DNA from: Planctomycetota bacterium
GTDB lineage: Bacteria > Planctomycetota > UBA1135 > UBA2386
Reading direction: 5' to 3'
DNA length: 64,000 nt
Assembly (NCBI GenBank): GCA_046290465.1
Contig: JBKAGP010000001.1
Location: 3,744,001 to 3,808,000 of the forward strand
Each line of letters starts with the position of its first letter. Position 1 is the stretch's first letter. A model generated the notes under the pieces. It was not told the origin of the DNA and did no database searches. It saw only the letters and a program-made list of their open reading frames with translations. Both the position numbers and the translations under genes were made by a program. Positions 48,927-58,544 of this stretch are shown here, piece after piece.

Positions 48927-49417
48927 ATGCCCGCCGTCGTACCCCTGGCCCTGATCGTGCTCTGCTGCCCGCAACAGCCGACCGTGCGCACCTACGCGCT
49001 GACCGGTGAGGTCGTCGACATACTCGGCGAGCCGATCGTCGGTGCGACCGCCTCCGCGTCGTCGTGCGCAGCCAGCACGGTTCGCTGAACCACCGGTCGG
49101 ACGACCTGAAGCTGGCCGAGAGCGGCACCCGCGTGCAGCTCGGCACGCTGAAGCTGACGCCACCCGCGATCGTCACCGGCATCGTCGCGACCGACGACGG
49201 CGCGCCGATCGCCGGCGTGTTCGTGTCGCTGCACGGCAAGGACGACGGCGGCGACTACCAGGAGAATGCGGTCACCGACGCCGCGGGCCGGTTCCGGTTC
49301 GTCGGCGTGCCGCCGGGCCGGGGCGAGGTCTACGTCGGCATCGACGGTGGCCGACGATCGGCCTACCAGGTGCAGGCGGGGCAGCGCTTCGAGTGGCGGC
49401 GGGACCACGGGCGCTAG
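48927..49417 (+). pseudogene. Internally deleted, frameshifted carboxypeptidase-regulatory-like domain gene
   Basis: MPAVVPLALIVL...TGEVVDILGEPIVGA stops near 49088; another frame continues with VTGIVATDDGAPIAGV...TDAAGRFRF. Confidence 0.6.
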
Positions 49418-49466
49418 GAGCGCGTCCATGTAGTGGACGCGCTGCCGACCGTGATCGCGGAAGCGG
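49414..49466 (+). repeat. 53-bp dispersed palindromic element, copy 2
   Basis: CTAGG-AGCGCGTCCA-TGTAG-TGGACGCGCT-GCCGACCGTGATCGCGGAAGCGG; perfect 10-bp stem. Confidence 0.85.
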
Positions 49467-49613
49467 CGTGTACGCGTGCGGACGGGGCTTTGCCCACTAG
49501 TCGCCCGCGTCGCGGCGCCCCGACGCGGCGGGCGCCATCCGCGCCGGCACGGCCAGCCCCACGACGGCCGACCGCGCGCGAATCGGCTACGCTCTGCCGG
49601 CCCTCCCGCCGCC

Positions 49614-52600
49614 ATGACGCTCCGAACCAACGCGCCCCTGCTCGGGGCCCTGCTCCTCCTCGCGGCCCCGGTCGCCGCGCAATCGTCCCTGCCGATCCAG
49701 GCCGACGCGAAGGTCGTGACCGACGCGCTCGCGACGACCGGCCGCGCGACGCTGCAGCTGCGGTTCACGACCGAGACCCGGCTGAACACGCCGTATGCGG
49801 TGCGCGTCGAACTGCACTCCGGTGGCCGCCTGCTGCAGCGTCGCGACCACGCGCCGCCGACGCCGACGACCGACTGGCAGGCGGACGCCGAAGTCGCGTA
49901 CGACCTGCCGCTCTACTTCCCGCTGACGCCGAAGACGCGCGGCGCGGTGCGCGTGCTGATCGGGTTCCTCGATCCCGACGAGAAGCAGCCGCTGCCGCCG
50001 CTGACCCGCCGGCGCGCCAGCGGCGGCCTGGTCGAGGTCGCGACGTTCCGCTTCCCCGAGATCGAGGCCGAGGTCACCGCCGAGTCGGTCGCTGCAACCG
50101 TCAAGGCCGCGCTCGAGCTCGCCAGGTCGGATGCGCGCGCGGCCTGGGACCAGCTGGAGTTCTCGTTCCGCCGCACGGACAGCTACCCGCTGAAGCGCGA
50201 ACTGCAGAAGGCGCTGCTGCAGGTCGGCAGGATGCCGCCGGCCGAACTGTCGTTCGAGGAGGTCGGCGTCGTGCAGCGCCGCATCGACGGCGAACGGGCC
50301 CGCTACCTGCGCCAGGTCGCCGGCCGGCTCTACGACCGCGGTCGCCTGTTCGCGGCGCTGGTGCTGCTCGACGAGGTCGGCGGCGCGCTGCAGGAGGACG
50401 CCGACCGCGCCGTGCTCGGCGCGCTCGACCAGGCCCGCCGCGTGACCAAGGACCGCGACGGCATCGCCGAGAAGGTGTTTGCGATCACGGCCGAGCAGAA
50501 GGCGGAGGTCGACGCGCTGGTCGCGCAGCACAAGGACGAGGCGGAGCGGCTGGCGTTCGGCGTCGAGCTGGCCAAGGACCGCAAGCGGCGGCCGATCGCG
50601 CGCGAGCTGGTGCGCACGATCGAGTTCACGCCCGAACTGCGCGAAGAGGCGGCCGACGCGCGGCGGCAGATCGAGCGGGCCTGGCTGAAGGACGTTCCTG
50701 CCGACCAGCGCAAGGAGGCCGACGAGGCGCTCCAACATCCGTGCTGGGCGCGCACGACCCAGCGCGTCAGCCACCGCTTCGTGCTGATCGGCCCGCAGAA
50801 GCTGCTGAAGGGCATCCCGGCCGACAGCCTGCTGCTGTTCGACCTCGCCTACCTCTACCAGACCGACCTGTTCGGTCGGGTGCCCAACCCGCAGGGCGAC
50901 CGCGTCACCGTCTACTTCAAGGAGCTGTGGGAGTTCGGCGGCGGCGTCGGCGGCGGCAAGATCATCGACATCGGCCGCGCCGATCCCGACGAGAAGAAGC
51001 GTCGCGTCGACGGCGGGCTCTTCTACCACGAGCTGGCGCACTGCGTCGACGACACCAACCCGATCTATCCGGGCTTCCGCGAGGGGCTGGCCGACTTCGC
51101 CGCCGCGTTCACCTACCACGAGCTCGGCCAGGTCGCGCAGGCCCGGGCTGCGATCGGCGCCGCTCGGCGCGCGTTCCTCGGCGACTACCTGGAGCGCGAC
51201 CTCGAATACTGGCGCATCCCCAACTACGGGCCGAGCGCCGGCTTTTTGCTGCACTTCATCAACGAGTACGGCAAGCAGCAGGGCGGCGGGTTCGAGTGGC
51301 AACGCTACCGCCGGTTCTTCCGCGACTATCGCACCCGCGCCGTCGACGACGGCCGCACGCCGACGTTGGCGCGCGCGTTTGCGTTCCACCTGGTGGAGGC
51401 GTTCGGCGAGGCGGCGTTCGACGACCTGGTCCGATTCCGATGGCCGCTGCTGCCGCAGGACCTGGAGGCGATCCGGGCCGAGCAGAAGGCCGCGCGACGG
51501 CCGCGCTCGCTCAGCGGGCTCGACACCGAGCCGGGTTCGCCGGTGCCACGCGACGTCGCGGCGCGCCGCCTGCGCGGCGACAAGGCCGGCGTCGACGACC
51601 ACGAGGCGGAGCTGGGTGTCGTGCAGGACTGGTGGGTGATCGGGCCGTTCAAGAAGCGCGGCATCGACCCGGACGCGTTCCGGTTCGCGCCGGAGCTCGA
51701 GGTCGACCTGAAGAAGCGCTACGAGAGCATCAACAACAACCCGACGTGGCGGCGGCCCGGCCGCAAGCCGGTCACGGTCGACCCGTCGGGCTGGCTGCAG
51801 TTTCACTTCTCCTACATGGACGACAGCGCGATCTACGCGCTGACGCACGTGACGGTCGAGAAGCAGACCGAGACCTTCTTGCACGTTCGCGGCGACGACG
51901 ACGTGACGGTGTTCGTCGACGACCAGCTGGTCGGCAAGTACACGAACATCGGACGCGGCCTCGGTCCGTGGCGGCCCAACTGGACCGTCAACCTGCCGGA
52001 TGCGGCGCGGTTCCGCGTCGACCTGCAGCCGGGCCGGCACAAGGTGCTGCTCAAGGTGCGCAACCGGACCGGCGGCTCGGGCTGCACGCTCGCGATCGCG
52101 CAGCGCAACGGCACGCCGCTGCCGGGCTGGAGCACCGACGTGCTGCCGGCCAAGCAGGTCGAGAACCGCATCGAGTTCCCGGACGGCAAGCGTTGGAAGT
52201 CGCTGCTCAAGCTCAAGGGCTCGAGCCGCAGTTCGTCGCGCAAGCTGGACGCGACCGTCGGCAAGTGGCGCGTGCGCAACAAGGCGATCGAAGCCACCTC
52301 GACGAACCGCGGCGTCGAGTGGCGCAAGTACACGGTTCGCCCCGGCTTTCCCAAGGACTCGCCGTCGAACCTGGCCTGGCTGCCGGAGAAGGCGACCAGG
52401 GAGCTCGGCGCGTTCTTGCTGCGCATCGACCTCGAGGAGAAGTCGCGCGCGCCGAAGATGTGCGTGACGTTCCAGGGGGACGGCATGCGCGACGGCCTGG
52501 CCGGCTGGACGCTGATCCTCAGCCCGCGCGGGCGGGACAAGGTCCAGGCGCGCATCGAGCGCTACGACCGGCTGGTCTACCAGAGCGACGTGGTCGCCTA

Positions 52601-52808
52601 CGAGTCGGACCCGAAGAAGCCGACGACGCTCGAACTGCACCACTGGGCGGACCGGCTGACGGTCCGCCTGGGCTCGCAGACGCTGTTCGACCAGGCGCCG
52701 ATCCGCCGCATCGACGGCCGGCACCGGGTCGGCATCGCGACGTGGGGTCCGCAGCTGCGCATCACCGAGATCGAGCTGCGGGCGCCGTCGCGCACGCGCA
52801 CGCGCTGA
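49614..52808 (+). CDS. Large secreted protein with gluzincin-type motif and beta-sandwich domains
   Basis: Signal peptide; FYHELAH...EGLADF; WWVIGPF / GDDDVTVFVD / GRHKVLLKV PA14-like region. Confidence 0.7.
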   Translation: MTLRTNAPLLGALLLLAAPVAAQSSLPIQADAKVVTDALATTGRATLQLRFTTETRLNTPYAVRVELHSGGRLLQRRDHAPPTPTTDWQADAEVAYDLPLYFPLTPKTRGAVRVLIGFLDPDEKQPLPPLTRRRASGGLVEVATFRFPEIEAEVTAESVAATVKAALELARSDARAAWDQLEFSFRRTDSYPLKRELQKALLQVGRMPPAELSFEEVGVVQRRIDGERARYLRQVAGRLYDRGRLFAALVLLDEVGGALQEDADRAVLGALDQARRVTKDRDGIAEKVFAITAEQKAEVDALVAQHKDEAERLAFGVELAKDRKRRPIARELVRTIEFTPELREEAADARRQIERAWLKDVPADQRKEADEALQHPCWARTTQRVSHRFVLIGPQKLLKGIPADSLLLFDLAYLYQTDLFGRVPNPQGDRVTVYFKELWEFGGGVGGGKIIDIGRADPDEKKRRVDGGLFYHELAHCVDDTNPIYPGFREGLADFAAAFTYHELGQVAQARAAIGAARRAFLGDYLERDLEYWRIPNYGPSAGFLLHFINEYGKQQGGGFEWQRYRRFFRDYRTRAVDDGRTPTLARAFAFHLVEAFGEAAFDDLVRFRWPLLPQDLEAIRAEQKAARRPRSLSGLDTEPGSPVPRDVAARRLRGDKAGVDDHEAELGVVQDWWVIGPFKKRGIDPDAFRFAPELEVDLKKRYESINNNPTWRRPGRKPVTVDPSGWLQFHFSYMDDSAIYALTHVTVEKQTETFLHVRGDDDVTVFVDDQLVGKYTNIGRGLGPWRPNWTVNLPDAARFRVDLQPGRHKVLLKVRNRTGGSGCTLAIAQRNGTPLPGWSTDVLPAKQVENRIEFPDGKRWKSLLKLKGSSRSSSRKLDATVGKWRVRNKAIEATSTNRGVEWRKYTVRPGFPKDSPSNLAWLPEKATRELGAFLLRIDLEEKSRAPKMCVTFQGDGMRDGLAGWTLILSPRGRDKVQARIERYDRLVYQSDVVAYESDPKKPTTLELHHWADRLTVRLGSQTLFDQAPIRRIDGRHRVGIATWGPQLRITEIELRAPSRTRTR

Positions 52809-53987
52809 TCACTCGGCCTCGACGCCGACCGTGACCGGCACGCGGATGCGCTTGCCGGCGCGGATGATGTCGAGCTGGATCGTGCCCTGGTAGCCGACGC
52901 GCTGCTTGGCCTTGGTGAACGCGCTGTCGGTCGCGGCCTTGCCGTCGACGCCGGTGATGATGTCGTAGCGCTGCAGGCCGGCCTTCGAGGCGCCGCTGTC
53001 ATCGGTCACGCTGGTGATGATCAGCGTCTTGTGGCGGTCGAGGTCGAACTGCGAAGCGAGCGCGGCGCTCGGCGCCTCGAAGCGCACGCCGACCACGAGG
53101 CGGCCCTTCGGTGCCGGCGGCGCCGGCGGGATCAGCACCTGGTCGATGACGTGCACGACGCCGTTGCTGGCGTTGACGTCGGTGCGGGTCACGGTGGCGC
53201 CGCGCACCCGCAGCTGGCCGCCGGCGATCTCGAAGCCGACCGGCTGGCCGTTGAGCGTCTCGGCGCTGCCCGCCGCGATCGCCTGCGCCGCCGACACGCG
53301 GCCCGGGATCACGTGGTACTTCAGGATCGCCTGCAGCTGGCCGCGGTTCTCGGGCTTCAGCAGGTTCTCGACCGTGCCCTTCGGCAGCTTCGCGAACGCC
53401 TGGTCGGTCGGCGCCAACACCGTGAACGGGCCCTTGCCGCTGAGCGGCTCGAGCAGGCCGGCGGCCTTGACGGCGGCCAGCAGGGTGCCGAAGTAGCGCT
53501 GGTTGGCGACCTGCGGCAGCGTGCGCGCCTCGGGCATCAGCACCGTGTCGACGACGTGGATCACGCCGTTGCTGCACGCGATGTCGGTCAGCACCAGCTT
53601 GCTGCGGTCGACGCGAACGGTCTTGCCGTGCACGTTGACGGCCAGGCGCTGGCCGTTGGCCATGTCGAGCCCGCTGCGACGGACGACGTCGTCGGCCAGG
53701 TAGCGACCCGCGGCGACGTGATAGGTCAGCAGGTTGTCGAGCGTCGCCTGGTTGCGCTTCTTCAGCAGGTCGCCCAGCGCGTGCTGGTCGAGCTTGGCGA
53801 ACGCGTCGTCGGTCGGCGCGAACACCGTGAACGGCCCGTCCCCCTTCAGGGTCTCGATCGCGGTCGACTTGCCGAGCGCGGTGACAAGCGTCTTGAAGCG
53901 ACCGTCCTTCTGGGCGGTCTCGAGGATGGATGCTTGCGCGGACAGCGCCCCGGACAGGAGCGCGACGAGGATGGCGGTCTTGGTCAT
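52809..53987 (-). CDS. Secreted protein with two fasciclin (FAS1) domains and a PDZ domain
   Basis: TVFAPTDDAF and TVLAPTDQAF, NGVIHVVD and NGVVHVID; ASKAGLQRYDIITGVDG. Confidence 0.92.
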   Translation of the reverse strand: MTKTAILVALLSGALSAQASILETAQKDGRFKTLVTALGKSTAIETLKGDGPFTVFAPTDDAFAKLDQHALGDLLKKRNQATLDNLLTYHVAAGRYLADDVVRRSGLDMANGQRLAVNVHGKTVRVDRSKLVLTDIACSNGVIHVVDTVLMPEARTLPQVANQRYFGTLLAAVKAAGLLEPLSGKGPFTVLAPTDQAFAKLPKGTVENLLKPENRGQLQAILKYHVIPGRVSAAQAIAAGSAETLNGQPVGFEIAGGQLRVRGATVTRTDVNASNGVVHVIDQVLIPPAPPAPKGRLVVGVRFEAPSAALASQFDLDRHKTLIITSVTDDSGASKAGLQRYDIITGVDGKAATDSAFTKAKQRVGYQGTIQLDIIRAGKRIRVPVTVGVEAE

Positions 53988-54157
53988 TGGTCTCTCTCTC
54001 GAATGGTCTCTCTCGGACGGAAGCGCGGTTCGCCGCCCCGGCGCATGCCGGATGCAGAAGGGGCAGATGTCCGGGGCATTCGGCGAAATTCGGCCGACCT
54101 CGGAGTTCGCCGCTCCCGGCGGTCGTCCTGCCGCGCCGCCCCTGCGACGATGTGCCG

Positions 54158-55117
54158 ATGGCGATCGTCGAGCACCTGGCGCTGCAGTTCGCAGCGGTTC
54201 GCGAGGATCCGTGCATCGAGGAGCGCGTGCTGCGCGAGGGCGCGCACCGCCGCGTGCTGCTGGTCGGCTCGGCCGGCTGCACCGCGCTCTACCTGCACGC
54301 GGTGATGCCGGAGCTGGAGATCGAGCTGGTCGACCCCAACCCGGCGCAGCTCGCGCACGTCGCGCTGAAGCAGCGTGCGCTCGGCAGCTTCGCGCCGGCC
54401 CGCTTCAACGTCGGCACCGCCGATCCGCAGGGCCTGCACGAGTGCGGCAACTTCGAACGGCTGTTCCGCCTGTTCCGCGACGCGCTCGACCGGTTCGTGA
54501 TCTCGGCCGACGAACGGCGTCGTCGCTTCGAGGACGAGGGCAGCGACTGGCAGGACGTGGTCGAACATCGCTACTGGCCGGCTGCGTTCGCGACCGTGTT
54601 CTCCGACGAACTGCTGGTCGCGATGTTCGGCCCCGACGCCGTGCAGCACGCGCGCCCGCACAGCTATCCGTCGTACTTCCGGCAGCGCATCGAACTCGGC
54701 CTGCGCGACCCCGAACGCAACCGGAACCCGTGGCTGCACCACGTGCTGCTCGGTCACTACCGTGAGGCCGACGGCGCCTGGCCTCCCTACCTGCAGAAGC
54801 GCGTCGCCATCCTGCAGCCGTTCGTGACCCACGGCTGCGCGCTGCTCGAGGTCGACAGCTTCGCGCCGTACGACTTCGTGCAGCTGTCCAACGTGATGGA
54901 CTGGATGGCGCCGGACGACTGCGCGGCGCTGGCCACGCGGCTCTCCGCCGAACTCGCACCCGGCGCCAGGATTCTCTGGCGCCAGCTCAACAACAACCGG
55001 GACCTGACCGGCCACTTCGCCCCCGCATTCGCGTTCGACACCGAACGGGACGCGTCGCTGACCGCCGACGAGCGCAGCCTGTTCTACAATCGCGTGCACT
55101 GCGGAGTCCGCGCATGA
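54158..55117 (+). CDS. DUF3419 / BtaA-like SAM-dependent transferase
   Basis: VREDP, LVGSAGCTAL, VDPNPAQL, LSNVMDW, PGARILWR. Confidence 0.7.
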   Translation: MAIVEHLALQFAAVREDPCIEERVLREGAHRRVLLVGSAGCTALYLHAVMPELEIELVDPNPAQLAHVALKQRALGSFAPARFNVGTADPQGLHECGNFERLFRLFRDALDRFVISADERRRRFEDEGSDWQDVVEHRYWPAAFATVFSDELLVAMFGPDAVQHARPHSYPSYFRQRIELGLRDPERNRNPWLHHVLLGHYREADGAWPPYLQKRVAILQPFVTHGCALLEVDSFAPYDFVQLSNVMDWMAPDDCAALATRLSAELAPGARILWRQLNNNRDLTGHFAPAFAFDTERDASLTADERSLFYNRVHCGVRA

Positions 55118-55839
55118 GCCTGCAAGACCGAATCCAGTCGGTGCTCGACGAGCACCCCGTCGCCGCCAACCCTTACCTGTCGTCGCTGCGCGACGGCGCC
55201 CTGACCCGCGAGGACTTCCTCGAGACGCAGATCCAGTTCTACTACGCGGTGGTGTTCTTCAGCCGGCCGATGGCCGTGCTCGCGGCCAAGATCCCGTCGG
55301 CCGCCACCCGCACCGAGATCCTGCGCAACGTGTGGGAGGAGCACGGGGAGGGCGACGCCGAGTCCCGGCACGGCGCGACCTTCCTGGAGCTGCTGCACCG
55401 GCTGGGCGGCCTCGGCAAGGACGACGTCGAGGCGCGCGCGCTGTGGCCGGAGCTGCGCGCCTTCAACACGACGCTGATCGGCTGCTGCGCGCTCGACGAC
55501 TGGGAGATCGGCGCCGGCTGCCTCGGCATCATCGAGCGCATGTTCGTCGACATCTCCGCGTGGATCGGCCAGAGCATCGCCGACCGCGGCTGGCTGCCGA
55601 AGGACCGCATCGTGCACTACTCGGTGCACGAGGTGCTCGACATCAAACACAGCGAGGACTTCTTCGCGACGCTCGCGCCGACGTGGGAACGCAGCGAGGA
55701 GAAGCGCTACCTGATCACGCAGGGGCTCCAGCTCGGCGCCTACACGTTCGACCGGCTCTATCGCGACCTGTTCGCCGCGCGTCTGCGCCGCGTGATGTCG
55801 CCGGTCGTGCGGCCGCAGCGACACGTCTACGACGAATGA
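55114..55839 (+). CDS. Heme-oxygenase-like diiron enzyme (CADD/PqqC/TenA fold)
   Basis: NVWEEHG...H, IIE and HEVLDIKH ligand pattern; ATGA overlap. Confidence 0.75.
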   Translation: MSLQDRIQSVLDEHPVAANPYLSSLRDGALTREDFLETQIQFYYAVVFFSRPMAVLAAKIPSAATRTEILRNVWEEHGEGDAESRHGATFLELLHRLGGLGKDDVEARALWPELRAFNTTLIGCCALDDWEIGAGCLGIIERMFVDISAWIGQSIADRGWLPKDRIVHYSVHEVLDIKHSEDFFATLAPTWERSEEKRYLITQGLQLGAYTFDRLYRDLFAARLRRVMSPVVRPQRHVYDE

Positions 55840-56621
55840 GCGACCTGCGGGTCCTGCAGGTCCGTCCCGACCGCTTCGCGAACTGGCAGGACGACCTGCG
55901 CACGTTCGAAGAACGGTTCGAGTATCCGCTCGGCGACGACCACTTCCACATCGACCACGGCGAGGACTACCTGGCGTTCTTCCGCCGACTCGGTGAGCCG
56001 GCGCCGTTCCTGGCGACCGTCGCGCGCCGCGTCGTCGGTGTGCTGGTCGCGGTGCGACGGCGCGTCGGCCGTCGCGAGGGCTGGTATCTGTGCGACCTCA
56101 AGGTCGACCCGGTCTACGCGCGCTACCGCGCCGCGACGCGCCTGTTGACGTCGTGGGCGCGCGCGCACCTGCAGGATGGCGAGCCGGTGTTCGGCGTGTC
56201 GATGAACCCCGCGCGCGGCGACAACCGGCTGGTGCGCGCGATGCGCCGCTGGCGCGCCGACGAACTGTCGCACGCGCCGATCGTGCTCTACTCGCTGAGC
56301 CACGAGCAGTGGCTCGATCGGGCCGACGAGATCACGGCGGCGCTCGGACCGATCGGCTGGTTTGACCCGCACGGCGTCAAGGACATCGTGCTGCGCAGCA
56401 GCGGCGCCCCGATGCCGCTGCTGCACGCCCAGCACGGCCCGTTCGCGCGGGCCAACGCCGAGGCCCGAGCAGGCGCCGTGCACATGTTCTGCCTGCCTGC
56501 CGACGACGTGCTGGTGGAACGGATGCGGCAGCGCGGCCTGCGGCCGGACGCGACCGCGACGATCGTGCATCGCGACGCCGACGGCGCCAACTGGCGTCAC
56601 CTGCTGAGCAGCGACATCTGA
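55836..56621 (+). CDS. GNAT-fold acyltransferase
   Basis: YPLG..F.IDHG..Y..FF; WYLCDLKVDPVY..R motif A; ATGA overlap. Confidence 0.65.
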   Translation: MSDLRVLQVRPDRFANWQDDLRTFEERFEYPLGDDHFHIDHGEDYLAFFRRLGEPAPFLATVARRVVGVLVAVRRRVGRREGWYLCDLKVDPVYARYRAATRLLTSWARAHLQDGEPVFGVSMNPARGDNRLVRAMRRWRADELSHAPIVLYSLSHEQWLDRADEITAALGPIGWFDPHGVKDIVLRSSGAPMPLLHAQHGPFARANAEARAGAVHMFCLPADDVLVERMRQRGLRPDATATIVHRDADGANWRHLLSSDI

Positions 56622-56671
56622 GACCACGGGGGCGAGCCTGCGACACCGGACTCGTCGCCGGCCGCCATGAC

Positions 56672-58498
56672 TCAGCGCAGCTGCTTCAGCAGGTCCTGCA
56701 CCACCTGCAGGTCCGGCCGCAGCTTCGCCGCGCGTTCGAGTTCGCGCCGGGCGTCCGCCTTGCGCCCCCTCGCCATCAGCACGCGGCCGAGGTTGAAGCG
56801 CGCGTTGAAGTAGTCCGGGTCGATGCCGAGCGCGAGCCGGTAGTGGCGCTCGGCGACCTCCAGCCGTTCGGCCGCGAAGTTGGCCGTCGCAAAGTTCTGG
56901 TGCGCGGCCGCGGCGTTCGGCAGCGCCCGGACCGCAGCCCCGAAGTGCCGCAGCGCTCCCTGGTTGTCGCCGCGCCGCCCGCAGATGGTGCCGAGCTGCA
57001 TGTGCGTCATCGCGTGGCCGGGATCGACCTGCAGCGCACGCCGGTAGTGGCGCTCGGCCTCCTGCGGCTGCTTGCGGAACTCGGCCAGCAAGCCGCGTTC
57101 GTACCAGACGTCCGGGGCCCCCGGGGAGATCTCGCAGGCCTTCTCGATCGCATCCTGCGCGACCGCGAAGTTGCCGCGACCGCGTTCGAGCTGGGCCTTG
57201 CGCATCAGCAGGTTCCAGGCCCTGGGCAGCTTCTCGAGATCCCGGTCGACGCTGGCGAGCTGCAGCAGGTCGCGTTCTTGCGGGCTGCGCACCGTCAGCG
57301 ACAGCGTCAGCGTGCCCATCTCGTCCGCCGACTGCTGGCCGAAGCGCACCCGCTGCAGCGGGCGCACCGGGTTGTTGTCGTTGGCCTCGCTGTTGTCGTA
57401 GACGTACTCGATCGCGAGGCGCGTGCCCGCGGGCAGCACGATCGGCTCTCGGTAGCGGTAGTCGTCCTGCCAGTCGAAGTCCCAGTCGTCGATCGCGAAC
57501 AGCGTGCGCACCGAACCGTCGGGCAGCGTCGCCGTCGCGCGCATGCGCCGACACACGTAGTGCGCGTGCGGGTAGATCGCGTGCAGCTGCACCGGCACCG
57601 GCAGCACGATGTGGTCGCGCAGCACGAAGTTGTCGTCACCGGGCGCGATGTCGATCTCCTCGGAGAACAGCATCAGCAGCTCGTACGGCTGCCGCATCGG
57701 CCGGTCGGTGAACCAGATGCCGATGCGCGGCTGCACCTTCTCGGCCTTGCCGACCGGCACCGCGTGCAGCTGCAGCACCAGGTCGTCGCCGGGGAACAGC
57801 CGCCACGACATGCCGTCGGCGCTGCGGCGCACGGTCTTGCCCGGTGTCCAGCCGAGGAAGTGGCCGTCGGGCGAACCGGCGGCGCCGAGCGTCATGCCCG
57901 GAAAGCCCGGCTCGGCGTCGCGCGCGTCGGCCTGCCGCGACAGCCGCGTGCGGTCGACGCCGAGCACCGCGTGGTGCACGGCGGCGTTGCCCGGCAGGAT
58001 CTCGACCGCGGCCACGAATCGCATGCGCTCGACGTCGATCGGCACGACAAAGTTGCGCACGATGTCCGGGCCCGCCGCCGGCACTTCGAGCACGTCCGGC
58101 ATCTCGACGACCAGGTCCGGCTCACCGAGCTGCCACCCGGACGGATAGGTCGGCGGCGCCGGCTCCTGCTCGCGGTCGCCGCGCGGCGCGCCGGCGTCGA
58201 CCCAGGCCTCGAGCGTCGCGATGTCCGCCGCAGCCATGCGACGATCGCCGACGAACTCGCCGTGGCTCGGCTGCCACGGCGGCATGTAGCCGTCCTTGAC
58301 CACCTCGAGCACGAACGCGCGCTTCTTGAACACGTCCTCGTAGCTGCGCAGCGAGAACGGCGCCGGCTGGCCCGGCCGATGGCACGGCGTGCACGACCGG
58401 TGCACGATCGCGGCGACGTCGGCCGCCCACGTCGGCGCCTGCGCGGGCAGCGCGGCGAGGCCGACCAGGCTTTTGAGCACGAGGCGGATGGCGGACAT
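56672..58498 (-). CDS. Secreted c-type heme, copper type II monooxygenase-like and TPR protein
   Basis: CTPCH, MPPW, HH, LQLH, PHAH, WDFDWQ, DEM; C-terminal TPRs. Confidence 0.8.
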   Translation of the reverse strand: MSAIRLVLKSLVGLAALPAQAPTWAADVAAIVHRSCTPCHRPGQPAPFSLRSYEDVFKKRAFVLEVVKDGYMPPWQPSHGEFVGDRRMAAADIATLEAWVDAGAPRGDREQEPAPPTYPSGWQLGEPDLVVEMPDVLEVPAAGPDIVRNFVVPIDVERMRFVAAVEILPGNAAVHHAVLGVDRTRLSRQADARDAEPGFPGMTLGAAGSPDGHFLGWTPGKTVRRSADGMSWRLFPGDDLVLQLHAVPVGKAEKVQPRIGIWFTDRPMRQPYELLMLFSEEIDIAPGDDNFVLRDHIVLPVPVQLHAIYPHAHYVCRRMRATATLPDGSVRTLFAIDDWDFDWQDDYRYREPIVLPAGTRLAIEYVYDNSEANDNNPVRPLQRVRFGQQSADEMGTLTLSLTVRSPQERDLLQLASVDRDLEKLPRAWNLLMRKAQLERGRGNFAVAQDAIEKACEISPGAPDVWYERGLLAEFRKQPQEAERHYRRALQVDPGHAMTHMQLGTICGRRGDNQGALRHFGAAVRALPNAAAAHQNFATANFAAERLEVAERHYRLALGIDPDYFNARFNLGRVLMARGRKADARRELERAAKLRPDLQVVQDLLKQLR

Positions 58499-58544
58499 GC
58501 GGCAACGATCATCATCGCTGCCGGCGGGATGTCCAGCGGGGTCG

